From contig JBGPQV010000001.1 in assembly GCA_041489255.1 (NCBI GenBank), forward strand, positions 324,099 through 388,098: a stretch of 64,000 bases of DNA, given 5' to 3'. Both the position numbers and the translations under genes were made by a program. Shown piece by piece: positions 30,183 through 40,143 of this stretch. Source of the DNA: Thermoplasmata archaeon (GTDB taxonomy: Archaea > Thermoplasmatota > Thermoplasmata > RBG-16-68-12 > JAFNFQ01). The notes under the pieces were generated by a model. That model did no database searches and had not been told where the DNA came from. It was given only the letters and a program-made list of their open reading frames with translations. Numbering within the stretch: the first letter of the stretch is position 1; every line of letters starts with the position of its first letter.

Positions 30183-30566
30183 CTACTCGCCGATTTGCTT
30201 CTTATAATCCGATGCGCTCAGCAGGCTTTTCGCTTCGCCGGGATCTGTCATCTCTACCTTCGCAATCCAGCCCTTGCCATAAGGATCCTTGTTGACGACC
30301 TCGGGCGAATCGAGCAGTCCGTCATTGACTTCGACCACTTTCCCCGAGACAGGTGCGTAGATCTCCGACGCCGACTTCACCGATTCGACCACTCCGAGCA
30401 CATCCCCGGACTTCAGGGCTTTTCCGGCCTTCGGCAATTCGACGAAGACGATGTCGGTCAACTCGTGCTGAGCGTGATCCGTTATCCCAACAATGGCCTT
30501 CTTCCCCTCGATCCTCACCCACTCGTGATCCTTGGTGTAATGCAAGTCGTCCGGAACCTTGGTCAT
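30183..30566 (-). CDS. gcvH: Glycine cleavage system H protein
   Basis: YTKDHEW, GITDHAQ, VESVKSASEIYAPVSG (lipoyl Lys), DPYG.GWI. Confidence 0.95.
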   Translation of the reverse strand: MTKVPDDLHYTKDHEWVRIEGKKAIVGITDHAQHELTDIVFVELPKAGKALKSGDVLGVVESVKSASEIYAPVSGKVVEVNDGLLDSPEVVNKDPYGKGWIAKVEMTDPGEAKSLLSASDYKKQIGE

Positions 30567-30613
30567 CGAAGCACCGCGCCGCAAATCCTGCTGGCGGTTA
30601 TGAAGGTTTCTAG

Positions 30614-30799
30614 TTAGTACTTCCCCTTCTTGTAGATGAGGGGCTGATGGGACCAAGCATTCTCGCTGCGCACCTTGTGTATCCACCAGACGTAGAAGCC
30701 CACCATGAGGAGGAGCCCGACAGCCAAGGCGGAGAACATGCAGAGGACGTTCGAGGTAAGCGAGTTCCAGATGTCGCCGAAGAACTCAACGATTCCCAT
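30614..30799 (-). CDS. Small single-TM protein
   Basis: 61 aa, one TM helix, fills the gap in a co-directional run of genes. Confidence 0.55.
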   Translation of the reverse strand: MGIVEFFGDIWNSLTSNVLCMFSALAVGLLLMVGFYVWWIHKVRSENAWSHQPLIYKKGKY

Positions 30800-31475
30800 A
30801 GAGATTCACCGCCACGACGAAATAGTTGTCATGGGACTTGAAATGTTGCCCGATTTCGAGGCCCGCCTCGGCAATCAGATGCTCGAGCTCGCCCTCGACG
30901 AAGAGGTGGTAGAACCGCCTGATTGCCTGACCTTCCTTAGACTTTATCGCGATCAGGACGTCCCCGAACCCTTCCTTCTTCAGCTTGTGCCTCTCGAGGA
31001 TCCTCTGGAACCGCCTCTGCTCGAACGCCCAGACGCTGACAAATGCCTTGCCGCCGGGTCTGAGGCACCGCCGTATCTGCTCCAGACTTCTAATGCGCTC
31101 CTGGCGGGTTGGCAGGTGATGCAGCGCCGCAATGTAGAGGCAAACGTCCACCGACGAATCCTTGATTGGCGGTGCGGTGACGTCTGCTTGGATCAGATTC
31201 ACATAACCCGCCACGGAATTCTCTTTCGCGCTCATCGCTGCCCGCCCGAGCATCCCCCGCGCGAAGTCGATGGCGGTCACCCTGTGCCCCGCCATGGCGA
31301 AATGAACGGCGTTCCTGCCGGAGCCGCATCCAAGCTCAAGGACCGTCCGATCCCGGGGCAGTGTCTTCTCGAAATCGATGACGTCGGTCCACGGAGTCTT
31401 CCTCCTCTCCTCCACGTCCTCGGCGATTTCCTCGTAGGTTCTCAGTACCGAGGCCTTCGTGGCGGGAGGATCCAT
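30786..31475 (-). CDS. Class I SAM methyltransferase, Trm9/ALKBH8-MTase-like
   Basis: LELGCGSGRN, IAALHHL, L.PGG...VSVWA.EQ, RFYHLF.EGEL. Confidence 0.8.
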   Translation of the reverse strand: MDPPATKASVLRTYEEIAEDVEERRKTPWTDVIDFEKTLPRDRTVLELGCGSGRNAVHFAMAGHRVTAIDFARGMLGRAAMSAKENSVAGYVNLIQADVTAPPIKDSSVDVCLYIAALHHLPTRQERIRSLEQIRRCLRPGGKAFVSVWAFEQRRFQRILERHKLKKEGFGDVLIAIKSKEGQAIRRFYHLFVEGELEHLIAEAGLEIGQHFKSHDNYFVVAVNLYGNR

Positions 31476-31519
31476 GTCGTCGAGCGATGAACGAGTAATC
31501 GCAAAAGGCTTCCGGCGGC

Positions 31520-32698
31520 TCACAAGGCGAAGTGAGCGTACTTCATCTCGTCCAGGACTCGCTTCCTGATTTCCTTGACGGCGGGAAGCTTCCTCACGAG
31601 CCTGCCCTTCCTCAGGTACTGGACCATGGCGGGCTTCACCTCGCCTTTGCATCCGGGGCACTCGCGGACATCGACCTCGTAGCAGCCGTGCTCCACGCAG
31701 CGCATCAGGTGCTTGCGCCCGCCGAACTTCCCACGCTTCGCCACAGGCTTGCCCTCCATCTCAACGATATCGAAGGCAAAGTCGATCGTCGGCGCGTTCG
31801 ACAGGGTCGTGCCGATGCCGAAGCCATCCACGCCCGCCTCGAGCAGTTCGGGTATCTTCTCCTCGGAGATGCCGCCGCTCACGTAGAGCTTCGCGTCCTT
31901 GTGCCCGCGGATGTCCAGCTCCCAGCGCACCTCCCTGACTATCGAAGCGAGATTCCCCCTGCGCGTCGAGTGCGTGTCGATCCTCACCCCCGCCAGATCC
32001 GGGATCACCTCCGCCGCGATGTTCGCCTCGATCTTCTCGTCGTAGTAGGTGTCCACAAGAGCGATTCGCGGTATTTTCTTCTCCAGGTGTCTATGCATCG
32101 CCTCGAACGCCTCTTTCGGCCCGCCCATGACGATCGTGAGGGCGTGGGGCATCGTGCCGACAGGCGAGAGGCCAAGTCGCTCCGCTCCCAAGGGTGTCGT
32201 AACGTCATCGAGCCCTCCGATGTAGACCGAGCGCTCGATCATCGGCGCGACCCCAGGGTGCATGCGCCTGACGCCGAAGCTGATGATCCTCTTGTCGCCC
32301 GCCAGCTTTCGGACCCTCGCCGCTTTGGTCGTGATTCCACTCGCCTGGCACAGGAGGCCGAGCATCGGGGTCTCGAACAGGCCGAACCCGCCATATGGCC
32401 CTTCGACCGTCATCACCGGCGTCGGGATTCCGCTGGCGGTCTTCGGGGTGAAAAGGCTCCCCTCGGGTATCGACCATAGGTCGACAGGTTTGCCCTCCAG
32501 CAGCCTGACCGCTTCCTCCACACCGGACAGCACACCCCACGCCCATCCGTCTGGGAGGCTGTGAGTGGTGACCTCGCCGAGCACGCTCACCCTGTCCCTC
32601 TTCTCCTTCTTCAAAATCTCCAGGGTCCTCTGGAAGTAGATGTCGCTCGTCTTCCCCCTCAGGATGTCCTGTTCGGTCGCGATGTTGAAGCGCGTCAA
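31520..32698 (-). CDS. pncB: Nicotinate phosphoribosyltransferase (archaeal type)
   Basis: SDIYF, ET..LG, SFGVRRMHP, GTMPHA, VRIDT, SGGI, FGIGT. Confidence 0.92.
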   Translation of the reverse strand: MTRFNIATEQDILRGKTSDIYFQRTLEILKKEKRDRVSVLGEVTTHSLPDGWAWGVLSGVEEAVRLLEGKPVDLWSIPEGSLFTPKTASGIPTPVMTVEGPYGGFGLFETPMLGLLCQASGITTKAARVRKLAGDKRIISFGVRRMHPGVAPMIERSVYIGGLDDVTTPLGAERLGLSPVGTMPHALTIVMGGPKEAFEAMHRHLEKKIPRIALVDTYYDEKIEANIAAEVIPDLAGVRIDTHSTRRGNLASIVREVRWELDIRGHKDAKLYVSGGISEEKIPELLEAGVDGFGIGTTLSNAPTIDFAFDIVEMEGKPVAKRGKFGGRKHLMRCVEHGCYEVDVRECPGCKGEVKPAMVQYLRKGRLVRKLPAVKEIRKRVLDEMKYAHFAL

Positions 32699-32939
32699 GG
32701 TGGCTCCTCCTCTGGTTCGAGGCCGCTACATTGGATGATGATATAAGAATTCCCTCACGCGCAAGGCTCGGGCTGCAACATTTTGACAATGAGGCCGGAC
32801 AGTCTGTAGAGCAATGCTTTCAGTCTGCTCCCTCGAAACGAGTCAAGAGCCTCGTCCATTTTGCCCAATTGAACAAGAAATCCCCCGCAGGAGGCGCGAA
32901 AGCGTCAGGATTATGGTGGGCTCGCGCATGCCCGCCATC

Positions 32940-34013
32940 ATGCAATTTCCTGCTTTCGACCTATTGCACTGGTTCATCGACAACCACGCCGCCAGGTACA
33001 ACATCTCTCTCAGCGACATGCTCCCCGCCACCTTCGACGAGGTCAAGATCAAACTCGAGGACCTGAACATCGCCGAAAACTTCGTCAACGGCCGCCCGGA
33101 GCTCAGGCAGCTCCTCGCGGGCCAGCACGGAGTCGAACCTGACAGCGCCATCGTGACGGCGAGCTGCAGCGAGGCGAACCTGGATGTCTGCATGGCCCTG
33201 CTGAAGCCTGGCAACGAGGCTATCGCGGTCATGCCGAACTACCCGCCGCTGAGGGACCTGCCTAAGGGGCTCGGCGCAAAGGTAAAGGAGCTCATGCTCC
33301 GCCCCGAGGACGATTTCGTCTTGGACCTGAAGGCACTGGAGAAGGCGGTCACCAAGAAGACCCGCCTCGTGATCATGACGAACATCAACAACCCCGCCAG
33401 CTCCATCATCACAAAGGGGCAGCTCGCGGGGATCTCCGAGATGGCCGAGCGGAAGGATTTCCACGTCCTCTGCGACGAGACGTTCAGGGAGCTCGCCTTC
33501 GAGAAGAAGCCTCCGACCGCCGTGCAGTTCGGAGACCGGATGGTCGTGACGAACACGATGTCCAAGGTGTATGGCATGGGCGGGCTCAAGATCGGCTGGA
33601 TACTGGCCAGGGGAAAGGCCCTGGACAGCATCAAGAACGTGACCGAGTACAACACCGTCTGCCCCTCCGGGATCAGCGACCGCATCGCCCTGGCGGTCCT
33701 GAAGGAAAAGGACAGGTTCATCGAGAGAGCAAGGAGCATCATCAAGCGCAACAGGCCCGTCGTCGAGGACTGGCTGAACCGGAACGACAGGGTGCACTGG
33801 AACGACCCCGGCGTCGGCAACGTCGCCTTCCCCAAGGTGGACGCCGATGTTGATCGCCTCGCGGCTGTCCTGCTGAAGGACTACAGCACCATCATGGCCT
33901 CGGGCTCTTTCTTCGGGGTCAAGGGGCGGTTCCGACTGGGCTTCGGGCGGAAGACCGAGGACCTTGTGACAGGACTGGAGAACTTCGACACCGCTCTGAA
34001 GTCGATGGCCTGA
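32940..34013 (+). CDS. PLP-dependent class I/II aminotransferase
   Basis: NNP, DE.F, TMSKVYGMGGLKIGW, final RLG; exact start uncertain (32913-32940). Confidence 0.9.
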   Translation: MQFPAFDLLHWFIDNHAARYNISLSDMLPATFDEVKIKLEDLNIAENFVNGRPELRQLLAGQHGVEPDSAIVTASCSEANLDVCMALLKPGNEAIAVMPNYPPLRDLPKGLGAKVKELMLRPEDDFVLDLKALEKAVTKKTRLVIMTNINNPASSIITKGQLAGISEMAERKDFHVLCDETFRELAFEKKPPTAVQFGDRMVVTNTMSKVYGMGGLKIGWILARGKALDSIKNVTEYNTVCPSGISDRIALAVLKEKDRFIERARSIIKRNRPVVEDWLNRNDRVHWNDPGVGNVAFPKVDADVDRLAAVLLKDYSTIMASGSFFGVKGRFRLGFGRKTEDLVTGLENFDTALKSMA

Positions 34014-34020
34014 GCGAGCC

Positions 34021-34608
34021 TCACATCTCCGCTTCTCTGCGGTCGAGCTCGTTGTGCACGATAGTGATGCACTGGTTCGAATGCAGGGACCGCGGCCCGA
34101 GGCTGAGGACTGCCGGGTCATGGGCCATGAGCGCCTTCTCTTCCTCCTCGTTGAAGTCGAGATGGTCCGAGAGCACGAAGATCGCGTCTCTGGGAACACG
34201 GTGATTCCTCATGTCCTCTCCATCTTCCTTGAGAAGGACAAACGGCCCGCCAAGAGTCTCCAGCAGCTTCGCGAACCCCATGCCCGAGACATAGATCCCC
34301 GGGGTGCTCATTGACTCGGCAATCGACTCGATCTGCAGGGCCCGGAGGAAGAGCGCAGCGGTGCTCCTCTCGTCGGGATTGAGGTGCCTCAGCTCAGCCC
34401 CCACCATCCGGATCGTCCTCGGCGGTCTCGAGGGGCCGCAGAGCACGAGGTACAACTCGACATCCATGCGGATGCCATGAGAGAGGAGGAAGGCCGAAGC
34501 GGCGCAGCGAGCGAGCACGTCGATCCTGCCAGAGGTGCCGGGGACATCATCGAGTGAGAAATCCGGGGACGTGTGGGCCTCGTGGCCTAGCACCAGAAAT
34601 CGATGCAC
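34021..34608 (-). CDS. trmY: tRNA pseudouridine-54 N1-methyltransferase (SPOUT)
   Basis: FSLDD.PG.SGR.D...RC, LSHGIR, PDERS, FVLSDH, SLGP..LH..QCI.IVHNELD. Confidence 0.93.
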   Translation of the reverse strand: MHRFLVLGHEAHTSPDFSLDDVPGTSGRIDVLARCAASAFLLSHGIRMDVELYLVLCGPSRPPRTIRMVGAELRHLNPDERSTAALFLRALQIESIAESMSTPGIYVSGMGFAKLLETLGGPFVLLKEDGEDMRNHRVPRDAIFVLSDHLDFNEEEEKALMAHDPAVLSLGPRSLHSNQCITIVHNELDRREAEM

Positions 34609-34655
34609 GACGCCCGAAAGGGTTCAAGCAGTTAATAGATTCATCAGTCTGAGTT

Positions 34656-34868
34656 TTAGGACTTGATTTCGTATCCGAGCTTCTCGGCCAGTATGTTGAA
34701 CAGCTCCTCCATCGACACGCCGAACAGCCGGCGTATGTTCGCATCCGTGATCGCGATGCGACGTAGTCTGCGCAAAAGCACAGGCTCGCGCCTGCGCAGC
34801 ATCGTGTCTATCTCCGCCTGGAGATCCTTCACCGTCATATCAGTCTGGACTGTTGCCAAATCTTCCAA
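34656..34868 (-). CDS. Small hypothetical helical protein
   Basis: 70 aa amphipathic ORF, co-directional with neighbours, GGTGGA SD-like element upstream. Confidence 0.5.
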   Translation of the reverse strand: MEDLATVQTDMTVKDLQAEIDTMLRRREPVLLRRLRRIAITDANIRRLFGVSMEELFNILAEKLGYEIKS

Positions 34869-34962
34869 ACCATTATTATGTGATGTCCACCGCTAAATAA
34901 CTTGCTATCGAGTAGCACGGACGATGTGCGGTGTGGGATGACGAGTTTGGCCGGGTTCTCCT

Positions 34963-35664
34963 CTACTTGAATATCTCCCCGGTCTCCCGCGACCAGAACA
35001 GCAGGTCGAGGTCAGCCAAGGGTATGCCCACCCTTGAGGAGAACTCCTTCATCAGCGCCTCTATCCTGAGGTATTCCTTCTTGGTCAGTGTCTCTGGCAC
35101 TTTGTCGATGATCCCGTGGCGGTGGAGGTTCTTGACTATGTGGCGGTCCAGGATCGCGAGCTGTTCGCCCTTCCCGACGTTCCTGAGGAAGTGCCCCGCC
35201 TCCTTGTAGCCCAGGCCGAGGATGTTCCGCACGAGCCACTCGCGGGCCTCGAAGGGATTCTTGAACCCCTCCATCCTCTCCTTCAGAGTCCACCTGCCGT
35301 CACGGAAGAACTCCTCTCTCGCGGCGACTATCCACCGCGCCTTGCCCTCCGGGAATCTGACGCCCTCGAGATGTCGCAGGACCTCGGTCGAATCCCCTTT
35401 CCAGATCGCCCCGCTCTCCAGGAGCCTGCCTATCGCCTTGTCGCAGATCCTCGCCTTGGACTGGGGAGTGAGCAGGCAGAAGCACAGCTCCGTGAATATC
35501 TTCTCATCTGATTCCTCGCCGACCTCCCTGAATTCGTCGAGCCGACAGCGGATGGCGTCTTTCTTCTCCCTGTGATGCCCGATGAGCTCGTCCACCTCGC
35601 GGTATCCGTGGAAGTCATCCAGCGTCTTGGACACGGTCCTGGCCTGCTGCACGGACATGGGCAC
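34963..35664 (-). CDS. ogg: 8-oxoguanine DNA glycosylase/AP lyase (Ogg2-type)
   Basis: ELCFCLLT, GLGYKEAGHFLRNVG, AILDRH, C-terminal Lys. Confidence 0.92.
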   Translation of the reverse strand: MPMSVQQARTVSKTLDDFHGYREVDELIGHHREKKDAIRCRLDEFREVGEESDEKIFTELCFCLLTPQSKARICDKAIGRLLESGAIWKGDSTEVLRHLEGVRFPEGKARWIVAAREEFFRDGRWTLKERMEGFKNPFEAREWLVRNILGLGYKEAGHFLRNVGKGEQLAILDRHIVKNLHRHGIIDKVPETLTKKEYLRIEALMKEFSSRVGIPLADLDLLFWSRETGEIFK

Positions 35665-35694
35665 GCGTCTCTGGCCAATAAACCAATCGCGAAT

Positions 35695-37233
35695 CTAGGC
35701 TGACTTGCCCCAGTCCCTGAGCATCCTGATCAGGAGTCTTGCGGGGATTCCGCTCGGCCCTTTGGGCATGTATGTCTTGTCGATGCTCTCCGGCCCGCCA
35801 TGCACCCAGACCGTGCCCGCGATGTCCAAGTGCGCCCATGGAGTTGCCCCGACGAACTGCCTGAGGAACATCCCCGCCGTGATGCAGCCTGCGCTCTTCC
35901 CGCCAGTGTTCTTCAGGTCTGCGAGGTCGCTTTTGATCTGCTCCGCGTATTCGTCGAACATCGGCAGTTCCCAGACGCGCTCGCCCGTGTCCAAGCCCGC
36001 TTTGACGAGCCGGCGGACGAGCTTCGAGTCGTTCCCCATGACGGGCGTCACCCTCTTGCCCAGGGCATAGACGGCCGTCCCGGTGAGCGTGGCCACGTCG
36101 ACGATGGCCTGCGGCTTCAGCGTCTCAGCGAAGACCAAGGCGTCGGCGAGGATGAGGCGGCCCTCAGCGTCGGTGCTCAGCACCTCGACCGTCTTCCCGC
36201 CATACATCTGCAGGACGTCCCCCGGCCTCTGCGCACGGCCGGAAGGCATGTTTTCAGCAAGAGGCGCGAGGGCGATGATGTCGAGGGGCAGCTTCAGCCG
36301 CGCGGCGGCACTGATGGTCGCGAGGACCGTGGCCATTCCCGCCATGTCGTGCCTCATCTCCCATATCGGCCCAAGCGGACCCTCCTGCGGCTTCAGGGAT
36401 ATCCCGCCGGTATCGAACGTTATCCCCTTGCCGACGAGGACGATCGGCTTTCCCCGCCTGGCCCCCTTGTACTCGAGCACGAGGAATCTTGGCGGCTCCT
36501 CACTCCCTTTGCCCACCGCCAAGACTCCGCCCATCTCCATGTCTGCCATCTGCCTCTCGTCGAAGACCTTGCACTTGAACCCCGAATTCTTCGCCACCTT
36601 CGAAGCGAACTCCGCGAGCTTCTGCGGCGGCTTGTCGTTGCTCGGCATGTTCACCAAGTCGCGGACCATGTTGCCCGCCGATGCGACGATGACGCCGCTC
36701 TCGACGGCCCTCTGCATGACGCCGACGCGGGCCGTCTCCGTCGTGACCATAGTCATGACGTCGGGGTCTTTCTTCCCTTCATCGCTCGTCTTGTAGCGCG
36801 TGTACCGGTAGAGCGCGAGCAATGCCCCCTCAGCCGTTGCTTCCGTTGACTCACGGATGTCGAGCCCGCCGATGCCTGCACCGTGCACAATCGTGGAGAA
36901 GCTCCTCAGGCCGATCTCCCTTGCCTGCAGCGCGACCTTGCCCGAGACTTCCCTGATGCGGTCGAGCTTGAACTTCTCCCTCTCGCCGAGCCCGACGATC
37001 ATGACACGTTTCGCAGGGAGCTCGCCCGTGGCAGGAAGCACCGCCACCTCCTTGAATTTTCCCTGGAAGTCGCCCGATTCGATAAGCTTTGAAATCGCCC
37101 TGCCCGTCGCCTTATCCACCGCACCGGTCGCCCCGCCGGGCCGCTTCACTCCCTTGAACAGGTTGACCACGACGGCCTCGTCCCGCCATTCCGCAATGTC
37201 CCCGACCTTCACCTCGAGCTTCATCATCGTCAC
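35695..37233 (-). CDS. pepA: Leucyl aminopeptidase (M17)
   Basis: VGKGITFDTGG.SLK, DM.G, TDAEGRL.LAD, ATLTG, WAHLDIAG. Confidence 0.95.
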   Translation of the reverse strand: MTMMKLEVKVGDIAEWRDEAVVVNLFKGVKRPGGATGAVDKATGRAISKLIESGDFQGKFKEVAVLPATGELPAKRVMIVGLGEREKFKLDRIREVSGKVALQAREIGLRSFSTIVHGAGIGGLDIRESTEATAEGALLALYRYTRYKTSDEGKKDPDVMTMVTTETARVGVMQRAVESGVIVASAGNMVRDLVNMPSNDKPPQKLAEFASKVAKNSGFKCKVFDERQMADMEMGGVLAVGKGSEEPPRFLVLEYKGARRGKPIVLVGKGITFDTGGISLKPQEGPLGPIWEMRHDMAGMATVLATISAAARLKLPLDIIALAPLAENMPSGRAQRPGDVLQMYGGKTVEVLSTDAEGRLILADALVFAETLKPQAIVDVATLTGTAVYALGKRVTPVMGNDSKLVRRLVKAGLDTGERVWELPMFDEYAEQIKSDLADLKNTGGKSAGCITAGMFLRQFVGATPWAHLDIAGTVWVHGGPESIDKTYMPKGPSGIPARLLIRMLRDWGKSA

Positions 37234-37404
37234 CGGAGGTCCAAATGGAAGTCACGTTAAGACACTTTCGCGGCAGGCGTGAAGGAGCGGTGCACAATCA
37301 TCTCCTTTTCTCGACTGGTCAGCGTGACTGGTGCTCGAAAACGGTGCGTGATTGCGGTCGCAGCCTGACAGCGGCGTTTGACAGCCGTTCAGCCAGTCCC
37401 TTGT

Positions 37405-38034
37405 TCACGGAAGCTGAGACGGCAACTTCTTCAGGTCGTCTATCCGCCTGTTCACCGCCGCCCAGTCGATGTTGTCCGTGAACGCCTGGAGGTAGTCCGC
37501 CCGCTTCACCCCGTAGTCGATGAAATATGCGTGCTCGTAGACGTCCATTATGAGTAGCGGCCAAGCCCACCAGACGCCGCCGATGTCGTGCCTATCGCAG
37601 ACGTAGTTGTGCAGCCTGCCGTCCAGGAAGTTGTAGGCGGTGACGACCCAGCCGCGCGCCGATGTCCCGGCGGCCTTCAGGTCCTTCACGAAGTTGTCGA
37701 ACGAGCCGAAGTCCCTGTTGATGAGCTCGGCGATCTTCCCCGTCGGCTGCCCCCCGGCGCCGCCGAGGTTCTCGAAGTAGCCCTCGTGCAGCGAGACGCC
37801 GTTCGTCGCGAATATCTCCTCGATCTTCAGCTCTCGGTAGTCGCTGTAGGTGCCGTTCCCCGCGGCCTCGACCTTGCTCAGCTTGTCGTCGATCTCGTTG
37901 ATCTTGTTGACGTAGCCCTTGTACAGCGTGTCCCTGTGCTCCTGCAGCTGCCTGTCGCTGATCTTCTTCAGCTTCCCCTCAAGCGGGAAGCCTCTCACAG
38001 CCCTCTTCCCCTTCTCTACTCGCAGGTATTCCAT
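37405..38034 (-). CDS. sod: Fe/Mn-family superoxide dismutase (divergent subgroup)
   Basis: EH..LY.GYV, LHEGYFENL, FGSF..F, MDVYEHAY.IDY. Confidence 0.88.
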   Translation of the reverse strand: MEYLRVEKGKRAVRGFPLEGKLKKISDRQLQEHRDTLYKGYVNKINEIDDKLSKVEAAGNGTYSDYRELKIEEIFATNGVSLHEGYFENLGGAGGQPTGKIAELINRDFGSFDNFVKDLKAAGTSARGWVVTAYNFLDGRLHNYVCDRHDIGGVWWAWPLLIMDVYEHAYFIDYGVKRADYLQAFTDNIDWAAVNRRIDDLKKLPSQLP

Positions 38035-38150
38035 GTTCTCATGCCTTCGCCACTCGGGATGCTCCCACCATCACCTGGGAGCAATTCATGAAGAGATGTG
38101 GCGTGCGGGAGATGCAACGCTCGCATAAAAAGCTGTTTTGAATGATGGAC

Positions 38151-38930
38151 TCAATCCCACTTCTCGAATCTTACCATGCCGAAGCCCATCTCCTCGCACA
38201 TGGGCTTGGTCTCCTCCAGCATGTGCCTCAAGCCGCAGATGTAGGCGTGCGTGCCCCCCGGTTCCTTGATCTCGTCCCTGAGGAATTGCTGGACGTGCCC
38301 GACGCGCCCTTTCCATTCCGGCGTCTCCGGTCTGCTGATGACATAGACAAGGTGGAAGTTCGGGTGGTCCCTCGCGAGCTTCTCGAGGTAGTCGATGTAC
38401 ACCATCTCCTTGACGTACCTCACGCCCTGGAAGAGCCAGAAGTGCCTGGCCGGATCGATGTCCGAGTCCTGGCGGTAGATGTGCCCCAGCATCGAGATGA
38501 AAGGCGCGACCCCGGTTCCGGTCGAGATGAACGCGACATCGTTCGCCACCGGCTCGAGGAGGACGAAGCGCCCGAGCGGACCTCTCATCCTCACCTGCGC
38601 GCCAGGCTCGAGGTCGGCGAGGTAGTTTGACATGAAGCCGTCAGGCACCTTCCTGATGCACAGCTCCAGGTAGTCCTTCTGCTCCGGCGGTGAGGCGATG
38701 CTGTACGGACGCGAGACGCTCTTGCCTTCCTTGTCGACCATCACGGAGACGAACTGCCCCGGTTGGAAGTCGAAGACCCCGCCATCGATCTTGAGGCGGA
38801 CGAAAGAGATTGTGTCGGTCAGGTTCTCCACTTCTCTGACCGTGGCCCACGCGCTCACCGGCCTGAACTTGATTGTGGGTTCCGGGGGGATCGCTATTGC
38901 GGGTGGTTTTCCCGATGGCGGTTGAGACAT
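38151..38930 (-). CDS. Ferredoxin-NADP reductase-like FAD/NAD(P)-binding oxidoreductase
   Basis: FQPGQF, RPYSIAS, G.MS..L, TGTGVAP, YICG. Confidence 0.92.
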   Translation of the reverse strand: MSQPPSGKPPAIAIPPEPTIKFRPVSAWATVREVENLTDTISFVRLKIDGGVFDFQPGQFVSVMVDKEGKSVSRPYSIASPPEQKDYLELCIRKVPDGFMSNYLADLEPGAQVRMRGPLGRFVLLEPVANDVAFISTGTGVAPFISMLGHIYRQDSDIDPARHFWLFQGVRYVKEMVYIDYLEKLARDHPNFHLVYVISRPETPEWKGRVGHVQQFLRDEIKEPGGTHAYICGLRHMLEETKPMCEEMGFGMVRFEKWD

Positions 38931-38987
38931 CCTCTGTCCGGAGCGCAAGAACCGTTCGGCCCGTGATAAACGTTTGCGAAAGCCCGC

Positions 38988-39485
38988 TCAGGCGATGTAG
39001 CTGGCGTTCCCCCTGTCGAAGCCTTGGACCAGCTCGAGGTTGAGCTCCTGCGGCTGCCAGGCCACGTCCGGGTAGACGAGGTTGGGGAAGAACTTCTCGA
39101 AGCCCCTGGCAATCTGCGTGACTACATGCTCCTCGCCGAAGAGGCTGATGCTGATCTGGAGAACCTTGTTCCTGCACTGTGACTCGTTGATGAACCCCAG
39201 GCTGTGGAGGTACTCATGCAGCAATACGTGGAAAGCATAGTAGGGATACAGTTCGGGCTGTGTCTCCTTGATCCTGGCGAGGGGCACCTTGTTCATGACG
39301 ATGATGTTGGTGCCTATCGGGAAGAATGCTCCTATGAAGCCCTGCGGGTGATTGCCGAGGTCGGCGAGGGCCAACATCAGGCCGCCCCTCGTGTAGCCGA
39401 CGTCATGCTCGACAGCCCTCTTCACGACTTCGAATATGTCTGCCAGGCTCTTGGCGTTCTTCAGGAACTCCGGGAAGTTCATCAT
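38988..39485 (-). CDS. Hypothetical zincin-like metalloprotein
   Basis: LLHEYLHSLG (HExxH) in a compact 165-aa ORF. Confidence 0.7.
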   Translation of the reverse strand: MMNFPEFLKNAKSLADIFEVVKRAVEHDVGYTRGGLMLALADLGNHPQGFIGAFFPIGTNIIVMNKVPLARIKETQPELYPYYAFHVLLHEYLHSLGFINESQCRNKVLQISISLFGEEHVVTQIARGFEKFFPNLVYPDVAWQPQELNLELVQGFDRGNASYIA

Positions 39486-39535
39486 GTGTGAATAGTCAAG
39501 GGACCGCCATTAACCCTCGCAATTGCCGAATGTCG

Positions 39536-39946
39536 TCACCGGGGCATCCGCGAGATGAGGATGACATCGGCGTGCAGGACCCCTTTCACGCTCTTCAGGG
39601 CCTTGACGAGCGAGTCGACCCTGGCCGCCTTGCCGGAGACGACGAGCACCTCGAGGCACCGCGTCTCGGAGATGTGGAAGTGGGTGGAGGACCTGATGTC
39701 CTTGTAGAAGTCGTGCTGCATCTCGAGTATCCGCCGCGTGGCGAAGCTGCTCGCGCTGTCGTAGAATATCGTCACCGCCGCCAGGACGCTGCCCGACGAG
39801 GACTGCCAGGCGCGGTCAGACAGGGCGCTCCGGATGAGGTCGCGGAGGGCCTGCGACCTGTTCGAGTACCCGCCGTCCCTTGTGATCCTGTCCAGCTCCT
39901 CGAGAAGCTCCGGCTCAATGGAAATCCCGACCCTGGCTACCGGCAT
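39536..39946 (-). CDS. nikR: Nickel-responsive regulator NikR
   Basis: RHH (RVGISI...NRSQALRDLIR) plus ACT domain with QH...THFH.....CLEV nickel ligands. Confidence 0.93.
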   Translation of the reverse strand: MPVARVGISIEPELLEELDRITRDGGYSNRSQALRDLIRSALSDRAWQSSSGSVLAAVTIFYDSASSFATRRILEMQHDFYKDIRSSTHFHISETRCLEVLVVSGKAARVDSLVKALKSVKGVLHADVILISRMPR

Positions 39947-40078
39947 GATGTCACCTCCCCCGGGAGTCGCGTGTCCGTAGAAATACGTTTTGTGCACGAT
40001 TGGCGCCGCCTAGGGACAGGCGCGGCGGGTCCGGCCTGTCATGGCTCCCTCTAATGCATGAAGGAAGGGTTTATTAGG

Positions 40079-40105
40079 ATAGCACGATTCTGCGAATCGT
40101 AATAC
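40079..40105. promoter_or_regulatory. Candidate NikR operator immediately downstream of a TATA-like box (TTTATTAG, 40070-40077)
   Basis: ATAGCAC-GATTC-TGC-GAATC-GTAATAC dyad; half-site and spacer geometry like known NikR boxes; lies between divergent nikR and ECF genes. Confidence 0.7.
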
Positions 40106-40143
40106 CGCCGGCATTGCGGTGGAAGACGCAGAAGGGGAGCACA

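Noticed and set aside
16347-37233. Motif variants KMSSG in MetRS and MRHDM/STDAEGRL in PepA
   Set aside because: Within known family variation; other catalytic residues are intact.
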